From an uncultured bacterium (GTDB lineage Bacteria > Actinomycetota > Acidimicrobiia > Spongiisociales > UBA5794): a stretch of DNA of 64,000 bases. The number at the start of each line of letters is the position of its first letter. Position 1 is the stretch's first letter. The stretch covers positions 352,001 to 416,000 of the forward strand of contig CAWDDT010000011.1 in the NCBI GenBank assembly GCA_963801165.1, given 5' to 3'. Positions 27,898 through 36,940 of this stretch are shown in pieces. The position numbers and the translations under genes were made by a program. The notes beneath the pieces are model-generated. The model was not told the origin of the DNA, did no database searches, and was given only the letters and a program-made list of their open reading frames with translations.

Positions 27898-29727
27898 CTA
27901 TTCGACGACGATGATATTGGCGGCGGTCACGGTCACCGAACTCGGCAACGGCAACGTCATGTTTCCCGACGACACCATGATCTCGAACCCGTATCGCGTG
28001 GTGTCCCTGGCGATCTCATCCGGCCACGCTCCCTCGGTGGGATCGATGTCGACGGCCCCGGGATCGCCTATGAAGATGCTATCCGTGAGCGCCGAGGTGT
28101 CGAGATCGACAATGAGGTAGCGCAGTTGCCCCGGGCTGCCGGCCGGGATCGTGAAGTCGACCGTTTCACCGTTGCGACTGTAGGGGACGGCCGTCTTCGT
28201 GAAGTCGTCGGCGAGCGCGGCCGCCAGCAACCCGGCGGTACCGGTTCCGATCAAGTCGCGGAGAACGTTTCGCTCGACGACCTCGACGACGATCTGGTCG
28301 CCGGCGGTGAGATATGGCAAACCGGCATCGGGAATCGGGTGCGAGAAAGTCGGGATGAACGTGGCGTTCTCGAACAGCGGACCAAGCTTGTTACGGAAGA
28401 ACATCCCGAAAGAATCGTGGATGATCGCCGTGTTGCTGTCTGCCAGTACCGGGTTGCTCGGGCTGGCGTACGTGACCAGCGGGCGGGTAGCGATCGTGAT
28501 CGACGAGAGCACGTCGACCGATGGGGTGACCCCCGACAGCGTCGGGGTTTGCTCATCGTATGCGATCTCCCAGTCCGAGCCGATGATGCCGGCCAGGTCA
28601 CCCTGACGGACCGCAGCCGACGGCACCAGATCAAGCTGGTCCCAAACACCGGGCGCCGCCTGATCGGAAAGCAGCCGGGAGCCGAGCAGCGCCCCGTCGA
28701 CATTCCAATGGGTATCGTGCTTCCAGTACAGCTGGTCGGTGGTCTGGCCGATGGTCGTCGCAAACGGCTGCCACAGATCGACACGATGCGGATCGCCCGC
28801 CGTGACCAGGGCCTTCTGCAGCAACTCTGAGTTCGTGTCCGCGCAGGATCCCGCAAAGCCAGGAGCCGTGGCGGGATAGACGACCACCTTGTTAGGAGCG
28901 ACCGCGTATGTGAAATCCCTCCCCGAGGCCGTGACGATCTGACCCGCCTTGTCGAACTCCTCCACAAGACGTGCGTAGACGTCGGCGTCGAAGCATGGCT
29001 GATCGATGGTATCGGTGAAGTAGAGCCAGTTGTCGGCTCCGATCGTTACCAGCGGGCTGGGGCTCACGGCGGGAAGCGGCGCAGGCGGCGTCAACGGATC
29101 GAGGTGGAGGGCTCGGGCGAGGAAAGTGGCCATCTGCTCCCTGGTCACCGGATCCCGAGGACAAAACAACGTGTTATCAGGCGGATTACAACCCTTAGTG
29201 ATCCCCGCAGCCGCCAACGCCCCGATACTCGCCACATGCACCGAACCCGCAATATCAGAAAACGACGCCGACCCGGCAGGCAAACCCAACGCCCGCACCA
29301 AAAACGTCGCCATCTGCTCCCTGGTCACCGGATCCCGAGGACAAAACAACGTGTTATCAGGCGGATTACAACCCTTAGTAATCCCCGCAGCCGCCAACCC
29401 CCCAATACTCGCCACATGCACCGAACCCGCAACATCAGAAAACGACGCCGACCCGGCAGGCAAACCCAACGCCCTCACCAAAAACGTCGCCATCTGCTCC
29501 CTGGTCACCACATCCTGCGGACAAAACAAATCATTCACAGGCGGATTACAACCCTTAGTAATCCCCGCATCCGCAATCGCCTCGATCGATGGCTCGTAAA
29601 CGGACCCGTTGTCATCACTGAACGTGCCGCCCGGCTCGAGAGAGGCGCCGGCGACCGGAACAACGGCGAACACCACCGCGGCAACGACGGCGGCGGCGAG
29701 GACCCGCGACGGTCGATTCGAGCGCAT
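27898..29727 (-). CDS. Secreted SLH-repeat protein with AlgX/AlgJ-like O-acetyltransferase domain
   Basis: Three SLH-like repeats; GADNWLY, VAPNK, LYWKHDTHWN, GDLAG, HDSF, EVVERN. Confidence 0.8.
   Translation of the reverse strand: MRSNRPSRVLAAAVVAAVVFAVVPVAGASLEPGGTFSDDNGSVYEPSIEAIADAGITKGCNPPVNDLFCPQDVVTREQMATFLVRALGLPAGSASFSDVAGSVHVASIGGLAAAGITKGCNPPDNTLFCPRDPVTREQMATFLVRALGLPAGSASFSDIAGSVHVASIGALAAAGITKGCNPPDNTLFCPRDPVTREQMATFLARALHLDPLTPPAPLPAVSPSPLVTIGADNWLYFTDTIDQPCFDADVYARLVEEFDKAGQIVTASGRDFTYAVAPNKVVVYPATAPGFAGSCADTNSELLQKALVTAGDPHRVDLWQPFATTIGQTTDQLYWKHDTHWNVDGALLGSRLLSDQAAPGVWDQLDLVPSAAVRQGDLAGIIGSDWEIAYDEQTPTLSGVTPSVDVLSSITIATRPLVTYASPSNPVLADSNTAIIHDSFGMFFRNKLGPLFENATFIPTFSHPIPDAGLPYLTAGDQIVVEVVERNVLRDLIGTGTAGLLAAALADDFTKTAVPYSRNGETVDFTIPAGSPGQLRYLIVDLDTSALTDSIFIGDPGAVDIDPTEGAWPDEIARDTTRYGFEIMVSSGNMTLPLPSSVTVTAANIIVVE
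29099..29589. repeat. 491-bp block (internal 180-bp period), copy 2
   Basis: See copy 1; the unit marker CTGCTCCCTG recurs at 29134, 29314 and 29494. Confidence 0.92.
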
Positions 29728-29851
29728 CGCGCTCCCCTTCCTGATGTCGACCGGGACGAGACTAGTGGCGGGCGTGGGGGTACTCATAGATCTCTGCCAT
29801 CGGGTTTCGACAGAGCTGAAAATTCCCGGGCTCCTGCCGACGGGGATACTG

Positions 29852-30571
29852 ATGAGTGGCATCTCCGAGATCCAATCGCGTATCCAGACCATTCAGAGCC
29901 GGGCGGCGAGCCAGCCGTTGCCCGGCCGATTCAACGCGCTCTTCGAGGCGCAACTCGCGTCCGCAAACGCACAGTCGTCTGACTCGGTCGCCATAGCTCC
30001 TTCCGAGGGTTTTGTTGTCCAGGCGCTGGCCAATCCTGCCACCGCGACCTACGGCGCCGAAACCGTGCCTCTCGGGGTCATGCTCGGACTCACGCAGCAT
30101 CCGATGACTGCCATCAGATCTGGCACGGTGGCGACCTCGGACCAACTCTCCGCCTACCTGGACATCAACAGCATCACCGCACGCAATGGCCGCCTGGATC
30201 TATCCGAGCTGACTCCCGTTTCCGGGGCGTGGACCGGAACCGGCTACCTGCTGCCACCGGCGGCACAAGCATGGGAGGAGATGAGGGCGGCAGCGGCGTC
30301 CGACGGCGTCGACCTCCAGGCCATCGACCTGTACCGGACATGGGAAAGCCAGGACAACGCCTACCAGGCGCATTTGCGGGGAGACAAGCCTGAGAACGTG
30401 CTCCCGCCTGGGACCAGCGAACATGGGCTGGGTCTCGCCGTCGACGTGACCAACGGTCATACCGTGAACGTCGCCGATCCGGAGCATGCCTGGCTGCGCG
30501 ACAACGCTTCTCGTTTTGGCTGGTATCCGATCTCAAACGAGTCCTGGCATTGGGAGTTCCGCGGCGTCTGA
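29852..30571 (+). CDS. M15B (VanY-like) D,D-carboxypeptidase domain protein
   Basis: YRTWESQ, PPGTSEHGLGLAVD, ESWHWEF. Confidence 0.85.
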   Translation: MSGISEIQSRIQTIQSRAASQPLPGRFNALFEAQLASANAQSSDSVAIAPSEGFVVQALANPATATYGAETVPLGVMLGLTQHPMTAIRSGTVATSDQLSAYLDINSITARNGRLDLSELTPVSGAWTGTGYLLPPAAQAWEEMRAAAASDGVDLQAIDLYRTWESQDNAYQAHLRGDKPENVLPPGTSEHGLGLAVDVTNGHTVNVADPEHAWLRDNASRFGWYPISNESWHWEFRGV

Positions 30572-30644
30572 GCCGGGACTAGAGCAGTGCCTCGCTCCGC
30601 ACTGTGGCACCGGGCCGGAGCCCGTTTGTGCTCCAGGCGACATC

Positions 30645-30689
30645 ATGTATCCCCGCTGAATGTATCCACGCCGAATGTATCCCCGCCGA
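30645..30689 (+). repeat. Three tandem 15-bp repeats ATGTATCC(C/A)CGC(T/C)GA
   Basis: Read directly in the intergenic region. Confidence 0.85.
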
Positions 30690-30820
30690 AAGGCACACCG
30701 GGCACTCTTCCTATCGAGTCATGCTGGACTTTTCTTACCCGCTTCTTGAATTGGGCTGATAGCCTTGTGGTGTTGCAGGATTCGCCAGCGTGTCGGGTTC
30801 TGGAACGGTCACCCGGTTAT

Positions 30821-30856
30821 CAGGTGGGAGTCTGCCCCACCGCTCTCTCCCACCTG
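30821..30856. other. 10-bp-stem hairpin upstream of the cysteine desulfurase-like gene
   Basis: CAGGTGGGAG ... CTCCCACCTG. Confidence 0.6.
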
Positions 30857-30897
30857 TCCGGCCTTTCGGCGCAGTGGATCTAAGCTGCGGACACGCT

Positions 30898-32121
30898 ATG
30901 TCCGTTCTCAACACTCCCACCATCCGATTGCAGTTTCCCGCGCTGCGCCGCACCGAGAAAGGCAGACCGGTCGTCTGGCTCGACGGACCCGGTGGCAGCC
31001 AGGTGCCAGAGTCAGTGATAGCTGCGATCGGCAACTTCCTCACCCGGGGCGGCTCCAACCACGGCGGGGCATTCACCGCCAGCCGGGACTCGGAGGAAGT
31101 TCACGAGAACGCGCGCTCTGCGGTAGCAGATCTCTACGGAGCCCGCGAGGACGACTACATCTTCTTCGGGATGAACATGACCAGCCTCAACTTCGCGCTG
31201 AGCCGGGCTTTGTCTGCGGAGTGGGGGCCGGGTGACGAGGTCGTCGTCACCCGTCTCGACCACGATGCCAACATCTCGCCCTGGCTTCTTGCGGCCGCCG
31301 ACCGGGGAGCCACGGTCAAGTGGGTGCCCTTCGACACGACAACCTACCGGCTCGACATGGCCGCGCTCGAGGACGCGGTCGGGCCGCGGACCAGGATCGT
31401 CGCCGTCACCCACGCCTCGAATGCGATCGGGACCATCGTCGACGTCGCCGAAGCGGCCCGGATCGCTCACAAGGCGGGTGCGCTGAGCGTTGTCGATGCC
31501 GTCCACTACGCACCACATGGTCTCATCGATATGACGGCGATCGACTGCGACTTCCTTCTGGCCTCAGCCTACAAGTTCTTCGGCCCGCATGTGGGTGCTC
31601 TGGCCGGCCGCAGCTCGCTTCTCGAGAAGATCGATGCCTACCGGGTGCGTCCCGCACCCGACACGGGTCCTGGCAAATGGGAAACAGGTACCCAGAGCTT
31701 CGAGGCGCTGGCCGGAGTGATCGCAGCCGTCGATCACATCGCCGGAATCGCCACGCCGTCCGGGACCCGCCGCAACCGCATCGAAGAGGCATATACCGCG
31801 ATCGGGGCGCACGGCATCGCTCTCGGGGACCGTTTCCTCGCCGGCTTGCCGGATTCCGCAACGGTGTTCGGTATCACCGACGATCTGGCGGCTCGGACAC
31901 CGACGTACGCCATCGAGCTCGAGGGAATCTCCGCCCGGCGACTAGCTACTGAGTTGGGCGACCGGGGGATATATGTGACCGACGGCAACTACTACGCCAT
32001 GGAGGTGATGAACTCGCTCCAGCGCGCCGAGGGTGGTCTGGTCAGGATCGGCTTCCTGCACTACACAACCACAGACGAAGTGGACCGGCTACTCACCGCG
32101 CTCGATGAGCTTGCATCCTGA
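30898..32121 (+). CDS. Cysteine desulfurase-like class V aminotransferase
   Basis: LDGPGGSQVP, LDHDANISPW, VDAVHYAPH, SAYKFFGPH, VRIGFLHY. Confidence 0.9.
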   Translation: MSVLNTPTIRLQFPALRRTEKGRPVVWLDGPGGSQVPESVIAAIGNFLTRGGSNHGGAFTASRDSEEVHENARSAVADLYGAREDDYIFFGMNMTSLNFALSRALSAEWGPGDEVVVTRLDHDANISPWLLAAADRGATVKWVPFDTTTYRLDMAALEDAVGPRTRIVAVTHASNAIGTIVDVAEAARIAHKAGALSVVDAVHYAPHGLIDMTAIDCDFLLASAYKFFGPHVGALAGRSSLLEKIDAYRVRPAPDTGPGKWETGTQSFEALAGVIAAVDHIAGIATPSGTRRNRIEEAYTAIGAHGIALGDRFLAGLPDSATVFGITDDLAARTPTYAIELEGISARRLATELGDRGIYVTDGNYYAMEVMNSLQRAEGGLVRIGFLHYTTTDEVDRLLTALDELAS

Positions 32122-33172
32122 TCGGCGGCTCGCCGCCACCGCCGGCGGAGAGCAATCGGAGCCGGCCGACATCTTCGACCAGGCGCCCAAGGTCGAGTTG
32201 CACCTCCACATAGAAGGGGCCCTCCCACTTGACACCCTGTGGGACCTCGTCGGCAAGTACGGCGGAGATCCTGCGCTACCTACCACCGATTCCCTCGTCA
32301 CCCGCCTCCGCTACACGAGTTTTGCGAACTTCATCGATGCCTGGGTTTGGATGACGGGCTTCCTGCGCAGCTACGAGGACTTCGAGCACATCGCTTCCGG
32401 GGTCGCTGCCGCTCTAGCCCGTCAGCACATCACCTACGCCGAAGCGTCCTTCTCTCCCACGGATTTCGCCCACCATGGGATGACCCCCCAGGGAATCGCC
32501 GTGGCCCTCCGGCGCGGTCTCGACCGGGTTGGACAGACGACCGTGGTGCTCAACTGCGATCTGGTCCGCGACACCGGTCCACAGCGTGCCATGGGCACAC
32601 TCGAAGCAGTGACCGAGGTAATGGCGGATGCCGATATCAGGGGCATCACGATCGGGGGATCCGAGTCGACCTACCCACCCGAATTGTTCGCCGACGTGTA
32701 CCGGAGGGCGAGCCACCTGGGGCTGCGGTTGACCGCCCATGCCGGCGAGGCTGCCGGCCCCGCAAGTGTGCGCGGGGCGCTCGACGCGCTGCGGGTGGAG
32801 CGCATCGGGCACGGCATCCGCGCCGTCGAGGATCCGGAGCTCCTCGATCGGATCATTGCCGAACAAATACCGCTTGAGGTGTGCCCGACGTCGAACATAC
32901 TCACTGGTGTGGTCGCGGACTGGGACCACCATCCTGTCGCGGCGCTGCTCAGCGAGGGAGCCAACGTGACCGTCAACACGGATGACCCGATGTTCTTCCA
33001 CACATCTATGGCAGCCGAGTTGCGCACCGTCTTCGACCGCTACGGCGCAGACCCGAGAACGCTCACCGAGCGGGCGATTGCCGCCTCCTGGATGACAGAC
33101 ACCGAGAAGACGGCGGCGACGAACCTGGTTGCCGATTGGTGGAAAGATCGCCCCATCGGGGTGACCGGATGA
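32105..33172 (+). CDS. add: Adenosine deaminase
   Basis: PKVELHLHIEG, AHAGE, RIGHG, EVCPTSN, VNTDDP. Confidence 0.9.
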   Translation: MSLHPDRRLAATAGGEQSEPADIFDQAPKVELHLHIEGALPLDTLWDLVGKYGGDPALPTTDSLVTRLRYTSFANFIDAWVWMTGFLRSYEDFEHIASGVAAALARQHITYAEASFSPTDFAHHGMTPQGIAVALRRGLDRVGQTTVVLNCDLVRDTGPQRAMGTLEAVTEVMADADIRGITIGGSESTYPPELFADVYRRASHLGLRLTAHAGEAAGPASVRGALDALRVERIGHGIRAVEDPELLDRIIAEQIPLEVCPTSNILTGVVADWDHHPVAALLSEGANVTVNTDDPMFFHTSMAAELRTVFDRYGADPRTLTERAIAASWMTDTEKTAATNLVADWWKDRPIGVTG

Positions 33173-33202
33173 TTCTGCCCCCGGGTTAGCCTCACAGCAA
33201 CG

Positions 33203-34525
33203 ATGAAGCGTCTCCCCATCCTCTTTGCGATCCCGGCCCTTTTTGCGATCCCGGCCGTCCTGCTGGTGGCATGTAGCCCGCAGGCAACCCCGGCCGCCTC
33301 GGAGCCGCTACCGCCGGTGACCTCCCTGCCGCCGGTGACCACGACCACCACAACAACAACCACGACCACAACGACGACCACAACGATGCCGCCGGAGTTC
33401 GACGTCACCGTGACCGTTACCGATCCCGACGGGGCCTCGTTGCCACGGGCGGACGTCACCATCGGCGACGAGACCGTGACGAGCGATTCCGATGGCGCGG
33501 CAGCGTTCACCGCGATTGAGGCAGGGCCAATCGAAGTATCCCGACCGGGGTGGCTTCCCGCCGGGGAGGATTGGACCGGTGCACGATCGGCAGTGAGCAT
33601 CACTCTGGAGCCCCGCATCGTGCGCGGGCTCAGAGTGAGCAGCGGTGTCGCCGGCGACCCCGACGCCTTCTCCGCACTCCTCGACCTCGCCGCCAACTCG
33701 GTTGTCAACACTCTGGTGTTCGATACCAAGGACGAGACAGGCTACGTGCTCTACAACTCAGGTTCGGAGTTCGCCGCCGACATCGGGTCGGTGCGTCCAA
33801 TGTACGAGGGCAAGGATGTTCTGGCTCAGGCAAAGCGGGCCGGTTTCTACACCATCACCCGGATCGTCACCTTCGAAGACCCGACGTGGGCACGGGAGCG
33901 TCCCGAGCACAAGCTCGCCGGCGATTGGATCGACCCGACCAATCGGGAGGCGTGGGAATACCCGCTCCAGCTTGCCGCGGAAGCTTGCCAACTCGGTTTC
34001 GACGAAATCCAATTCGACTACGTCAGGTTCCCGAGTGGTCGGGCAGCGGTGACGGCGCAGCAGAACAAGCCGACGAACCAGGAGGTGCGCACAGCGGCCG
34101 TGCACGACTTCCTCACCGAGGCGCTCGATCGGCTCCACCCACTCGGGTGCGCGGTCTCCGCCGACCTCTTTGCCATCGTCCTGTCGGCATCGAACGACCA
34201 GGGCATCGGTCAGATGCCCGAAGCGGTTTCCGGCGCCGTGGATGCCGTGAGCCCCATGATCTACCCAAGCCACTACGCGGACGGGTGGCTCGGTTTCCCC
34301 GATCCCAACGACCACCCCGGCCCCGTCGTTGCCGATGCCCTCGACTCGGGGATGCCCCGGCTGGCGGACAGCACGCTGATGCGCCCCTGGCTGCAGGCGT
34401 TCTACTACAACGGATCCCAGATCGAGGCTGAGATCGCCGAGGCCGAGAAACGGGGCACCGGCTGGATCTTGTGGAATGTCCGCAGCAACTATGCGGAGTC
34501 GTGGCTACCGCCGGCCGAGGGGTGA
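33203..34525 (+). CDS. Lipoprotein with Thr linker and putative glycoside hydrolase (DUF4015-like) domain
   Basis: LVAC lipobox; VFDTKDETG, RIVTFED, GFDEIQFDYVRFP, SPMIYPSHY, RPWLQAF. Confidence 0.82.
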   Translation: MKRLPILFAIPALFAIPAVLLVACSPQATPAASEPLPPVTSLPPVTTTTTTTTTTTTTTTTMPPEFDVTVTVTDPDGASLPRADVTIGDETVTSDSDGAAAFTAIEAGPIEVSRPGWLPAGEDWTGARSAVSITLEPRIVRGLRVSSGVAGDPDAFSALLDLAANSVVNTLVFDTKDETGYVLYNSGSEFAADIGSVRPMYEGKDVLAQAKRAGFYTITRIVTFEDPTWARERPEHKLAGDWIDPTNREAWEYPLQLAAEACQLGFDEIQFDYVRFPSGRAAVTAQQNKPTNQEVRTAAVHDFLTEALDRLHPLGCAVSADLFAIVLSASNDQGIGQMPEAVSGAVDAVSPMIYPSHYADGWLGFPDPNDHPGPVVADALDSGMPRLADSTLMRPWLQAFYYNGSQIEAEIAEAEKRGTGWILWNVRSNYAESWLPPAEG

Positions 34526-34539
34526 GCCCGCACCGCCGG

Positions 34540-34995
34540 CTAGATCAGCGTCCACTCCGTCTGGATGACCGCCCCCGATTCATCTTCGAGTTTGCAGGTC
34601 AGCCGTACCGAACCGGACGGGACGTCGGGGAACGTGAACCTGCCCAGCCGGTCGGAACGCGCCGTACGCGTCTCGTCCTGGTGATGGAGCGCTATCTCCG
34701 CTTCCTGAGGCGGAACGAGCTGACCAACTATGCGACGCCTTGTCTCCGAGACAACAACGAGCTCGATCTCCACGCCAGGAGTGCGGAAAGTCATCTGCCG
34801 GGCCGTCTCGGTGCTCCGCACCCCGACCAGGCCCTCATCAGCAGAATCGAACACCAGTGAGGCGAGCTCGGCGTCGATGGTGCGCCACGTGAACGTGGCC
34901 CGCGCCGCATCCAGCACCGCCTCCGGCACCGGATCGGCAGCGAGCGCGCCCGCGATCCTGGCCAGCAACTGGTCGTCGGTCACGTGATCACTCAT
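34540..34995 (-). CDS. Small cytoplasmic accessory protein (putative anti-sigma) with C-terminal beta-sandwich
   Basis: DPVPEAVLDAARATFTWRTIDAELASLVFDS...GQLVPP...DRLGRFTF...TEW; ATGA overlap with the sigma gene. Confidence 0.8.
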   Translation of the reverse strand: MSDHVTDDQLLARIAGALAADPVPEAVLDAARATFTWRTIDAELASLVFDSADEGLVGVRSTETARQMTFRTPGVEIELVVVSETRRRIVGQLVPPQEAEIALHHQDETRTARSDRLGRFTFPDVPSGSVRLTCKLEDESGAVIQTEWTLI

Positions 34996-35534
34996 CGGCG
35001 CCCCAATAGCTTTCGAATCCGATCGAGGCATCGGGCCCGGGTCGGCCCGATACTCCCAACTGCCATGCCCAGAAGATTCGAGATCTCCTCGTACTCCAGG
35101 GGAGGGTCGAGACAGAGCATGCGCAGCAACTCCTGGCACTTCGCAGGAATCTCATCGAAGGCACCGAGGACTTCTCGCAACTGCTCGTTGTCCAATAGAC
35201 GCTCGTCGATCGCCGGCGACAAGTCATCGGCGACCTCCACCTCGAACTCCGTTGGAACCGTCCGCGCGAGCCGTTTCGAAGCCCGGATCGATTCGTTGCG
35301 AGCCGTGGTCGCCAGCCAGGAGCCCAGCCGCTCCGGGTCCCGGATGCGATCGCAATGTTCGACGAGCCGGAGCCACACCGTCTGGCTGATATCGGCGGCG
35401 GTGGCGGCGTCCAGCCGAAAACCGCGCACGACCGACCACACGAGTCGCCCGTAGCGGTCGACAAGCGCATTCCATGCCTCCTGACTGCCGTTGTGAGCGG
35501 CGGCGAGGAGCTCTGCAACTGGTGCCTCGGTCAT
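34992..35534 (-). CDS. ECF sigma-70 factor
   Basis: AWNALVDRY, DISQTVWLRLVEH, WLATTARNE, YEEIS...GSIGPTRARCL. Confidence 0.93.
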   Translation of the reverse strand: MTEAPVAELLAAAHNGSQEAWNALVDRYGRLVWSVVRGFRLDAATAADISQTVWLRLVEHCDRIRDPERLGSWLATTARNESIRASKRLARTVPTEFEVEVADDLSPAIDERLLDNEQLREVLGAFDEIPAKCQELLRMLCLDPPLEYEEISNLLGMAVGSIGPTRARCLDRIRKLLGRR

Positions 35535-35689
35535 CGTGGGCAACGATACTCGCAGCATTCGGGGTTTCTATTGCGTTGACAGCTCGCACGCCACGCTCCT
35601 GGTCGCTGACAATATGACAACGCCCGCAGCTGTTTGATACAGGATTGTCGGCTGCCCCCGCATTTGCGCACCGGGTGCCGATATGATCC

Positions 35690-36940
35690 ATGGTGAATCC
35701 GATGAGGAGGGACGAATTGGACGAGAAAGCCGGAGACCCGCCGGGCTGGGGCCCGGGAGCGAAGATCGACGGCATTTCGATCGATCACAGCAGCCGGAAG
35801 TGTGGCTTTTACTTCCAGCGCGGTGTGCTCATGGTGCCCGACGAGGCGCTCGACGAGCTGCTGGCCGCCCTCGGTGGACTCGGCGATGCGGGACGCCGGG
35901 TCCGGGTCGAACCGATCGAAGGCACCGGGATCACCCAGGTGAGAGTTCCGTTCCGGCGGCCCACCGACGTCCTCATCGATGAGTTGGGGGGCTCACTCCC
36001 GGTCGAACCCGGCTACATCGCGATGGCCGCTCCGCATATCAAGGGTCTTGCGGCGGCCCGGCCGGCGTCGGTGAATCCCGACAAGATCCCGACCGAGCCG
36101 AGAAGAGGCAAGGGCAAGAACGTGAGCGTCGGCGTGGTCGACCTCGGCTTTTTCTCTCCGGAGAAAGCCGGTCACCCGAGCTGGGCGATCGAGAAGGTAG
36201 TGCTCGACAAGGAGATGCAGCTCCCCGACCCGACACAGCCACAGTTCCCGTACGTGGGACACGGAAACGCCATCATCGGCATCATCAAGCAGCTGGCGCC
36301 CGAAGCAACGGTGTACACCAGCACGATCCAGTCGTCCGCGGGCGATGCGCCGGGTGGCACTTCAGATCGGCGGCTCGGTGAGGCGATCGAGCGCCTCCTC
36401 TCCCGACATCGCGTTCATATCCTCGTCATCCCATTCGGCGGCTCCACTCGTCACGGGCTGATGCCCGTGACCGAACGCGTCCTCCAGCCGCATGTGGACT
36501 CGACGTTGATCCTCGCCTCGGCCGGCAACGACGGTGTCGACCCCACCGTCTATCCCGCCGCCGACCCGGATGTGATGGGCACGGGCGCGTGGCGCCGCGA
36601 CACTCTGCGCCTCGGATGGCTGAACAAAGTCTGTGCCACAGTCATGTCACCGCACGCAGCGCTCGGAAAATACCGTCTGGCCGAATGGTCGAACCAGGGC
36701 ATCGCCGCCCAACTCGGAGCTCCCGGTGTCGCCGTGCCCGCTCCCTTCATAAGGGGAAAGCTCAAAATCGGATCGGGTAGCCTCGATACTGATGGCCCCA
36801 AAACGATCAAGTTCGACGGGTGGGGTCTGTTCACCGGCACCTCGTTTTCAGTTGCAGTTGCTGCCGGTTGTATCGCAGGAACGGTCAGCGGCAAATGCGC
36901 GCCGTCACCCGAGCACCTGGCGGCAGCAGCCATCCGGTGA
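35690..36940 (+). CDS. Cytoplasmic S8 subtilisin-like serine protease
   Basis: Triad VVDLG (D), GHGNAI (H), GTSFS (S); oxyanion ASAGND; no signal peptide; start may be TTG 35717. Confidence 0.85.
   Translation: MVNPMRRDELDEKAGDPPGWGPGAKIDGISIDHSSRKCGFYFQRGVLMVPDEALDELLAALGGLGDAGRRVRVEPIEGTGITQVRVPFRRPTDVLIDELGGSLPVEPGYIAMAAPHIKGLAAARPASVNPDKIPTEPRRGKGKNVSVGVVDLGFFSPEKAGHPSWAIEKVVLDKEMQLPDPTQPQFPYVGHGNAIIGIIKQLAPEATVYTSTIQSSAGDAPGGTSDRRLGEAIERLLSRHRVHILVIPFGGSTRHGLMPVTERVLQPHVDSTLILASAGNDGVDPTVYPAADPDVMGTGAWRRDTLRLGWLNKVCATVMSPHAALGKYRLAEWSNQGIAAQLGAPGVAVPAPFIRGKLKIGSGSLDTDGPKTIKFDGWGLFTGTSFSVAVAAGCIAGTVSGKCAPSPEHLAAAAIR

Noticed and set aside
27286-29589. DGR template/variable repeat pair
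   Set aside because: No reverse transcriptase in the window; the single difference seen is G/C, not adenine-specific.
30645-30689. Repeats resembling the start of type I-E CRISPR repeats (GTATCCCCGC)
   Set aside because: 15-bp units are directly adjacent, with no spacers and no cas genes.
30715-30860. SAM-IV riboswitch ahead of the cysteine desulfurase-like gene
   Set aside because: Only loose word matches (GCCAGCG, CTGG..CGG); the core GGCAACC and the P1 pairing could not be built. An Rfam scan would settle it.
33338-33386. ACC/ACG/ACA microsatellite-like tract (also 20227-20337)
   Set aside because: Encodes Thr-rich lipoprotein linkers with mixed codons; not a phase-variation tract.
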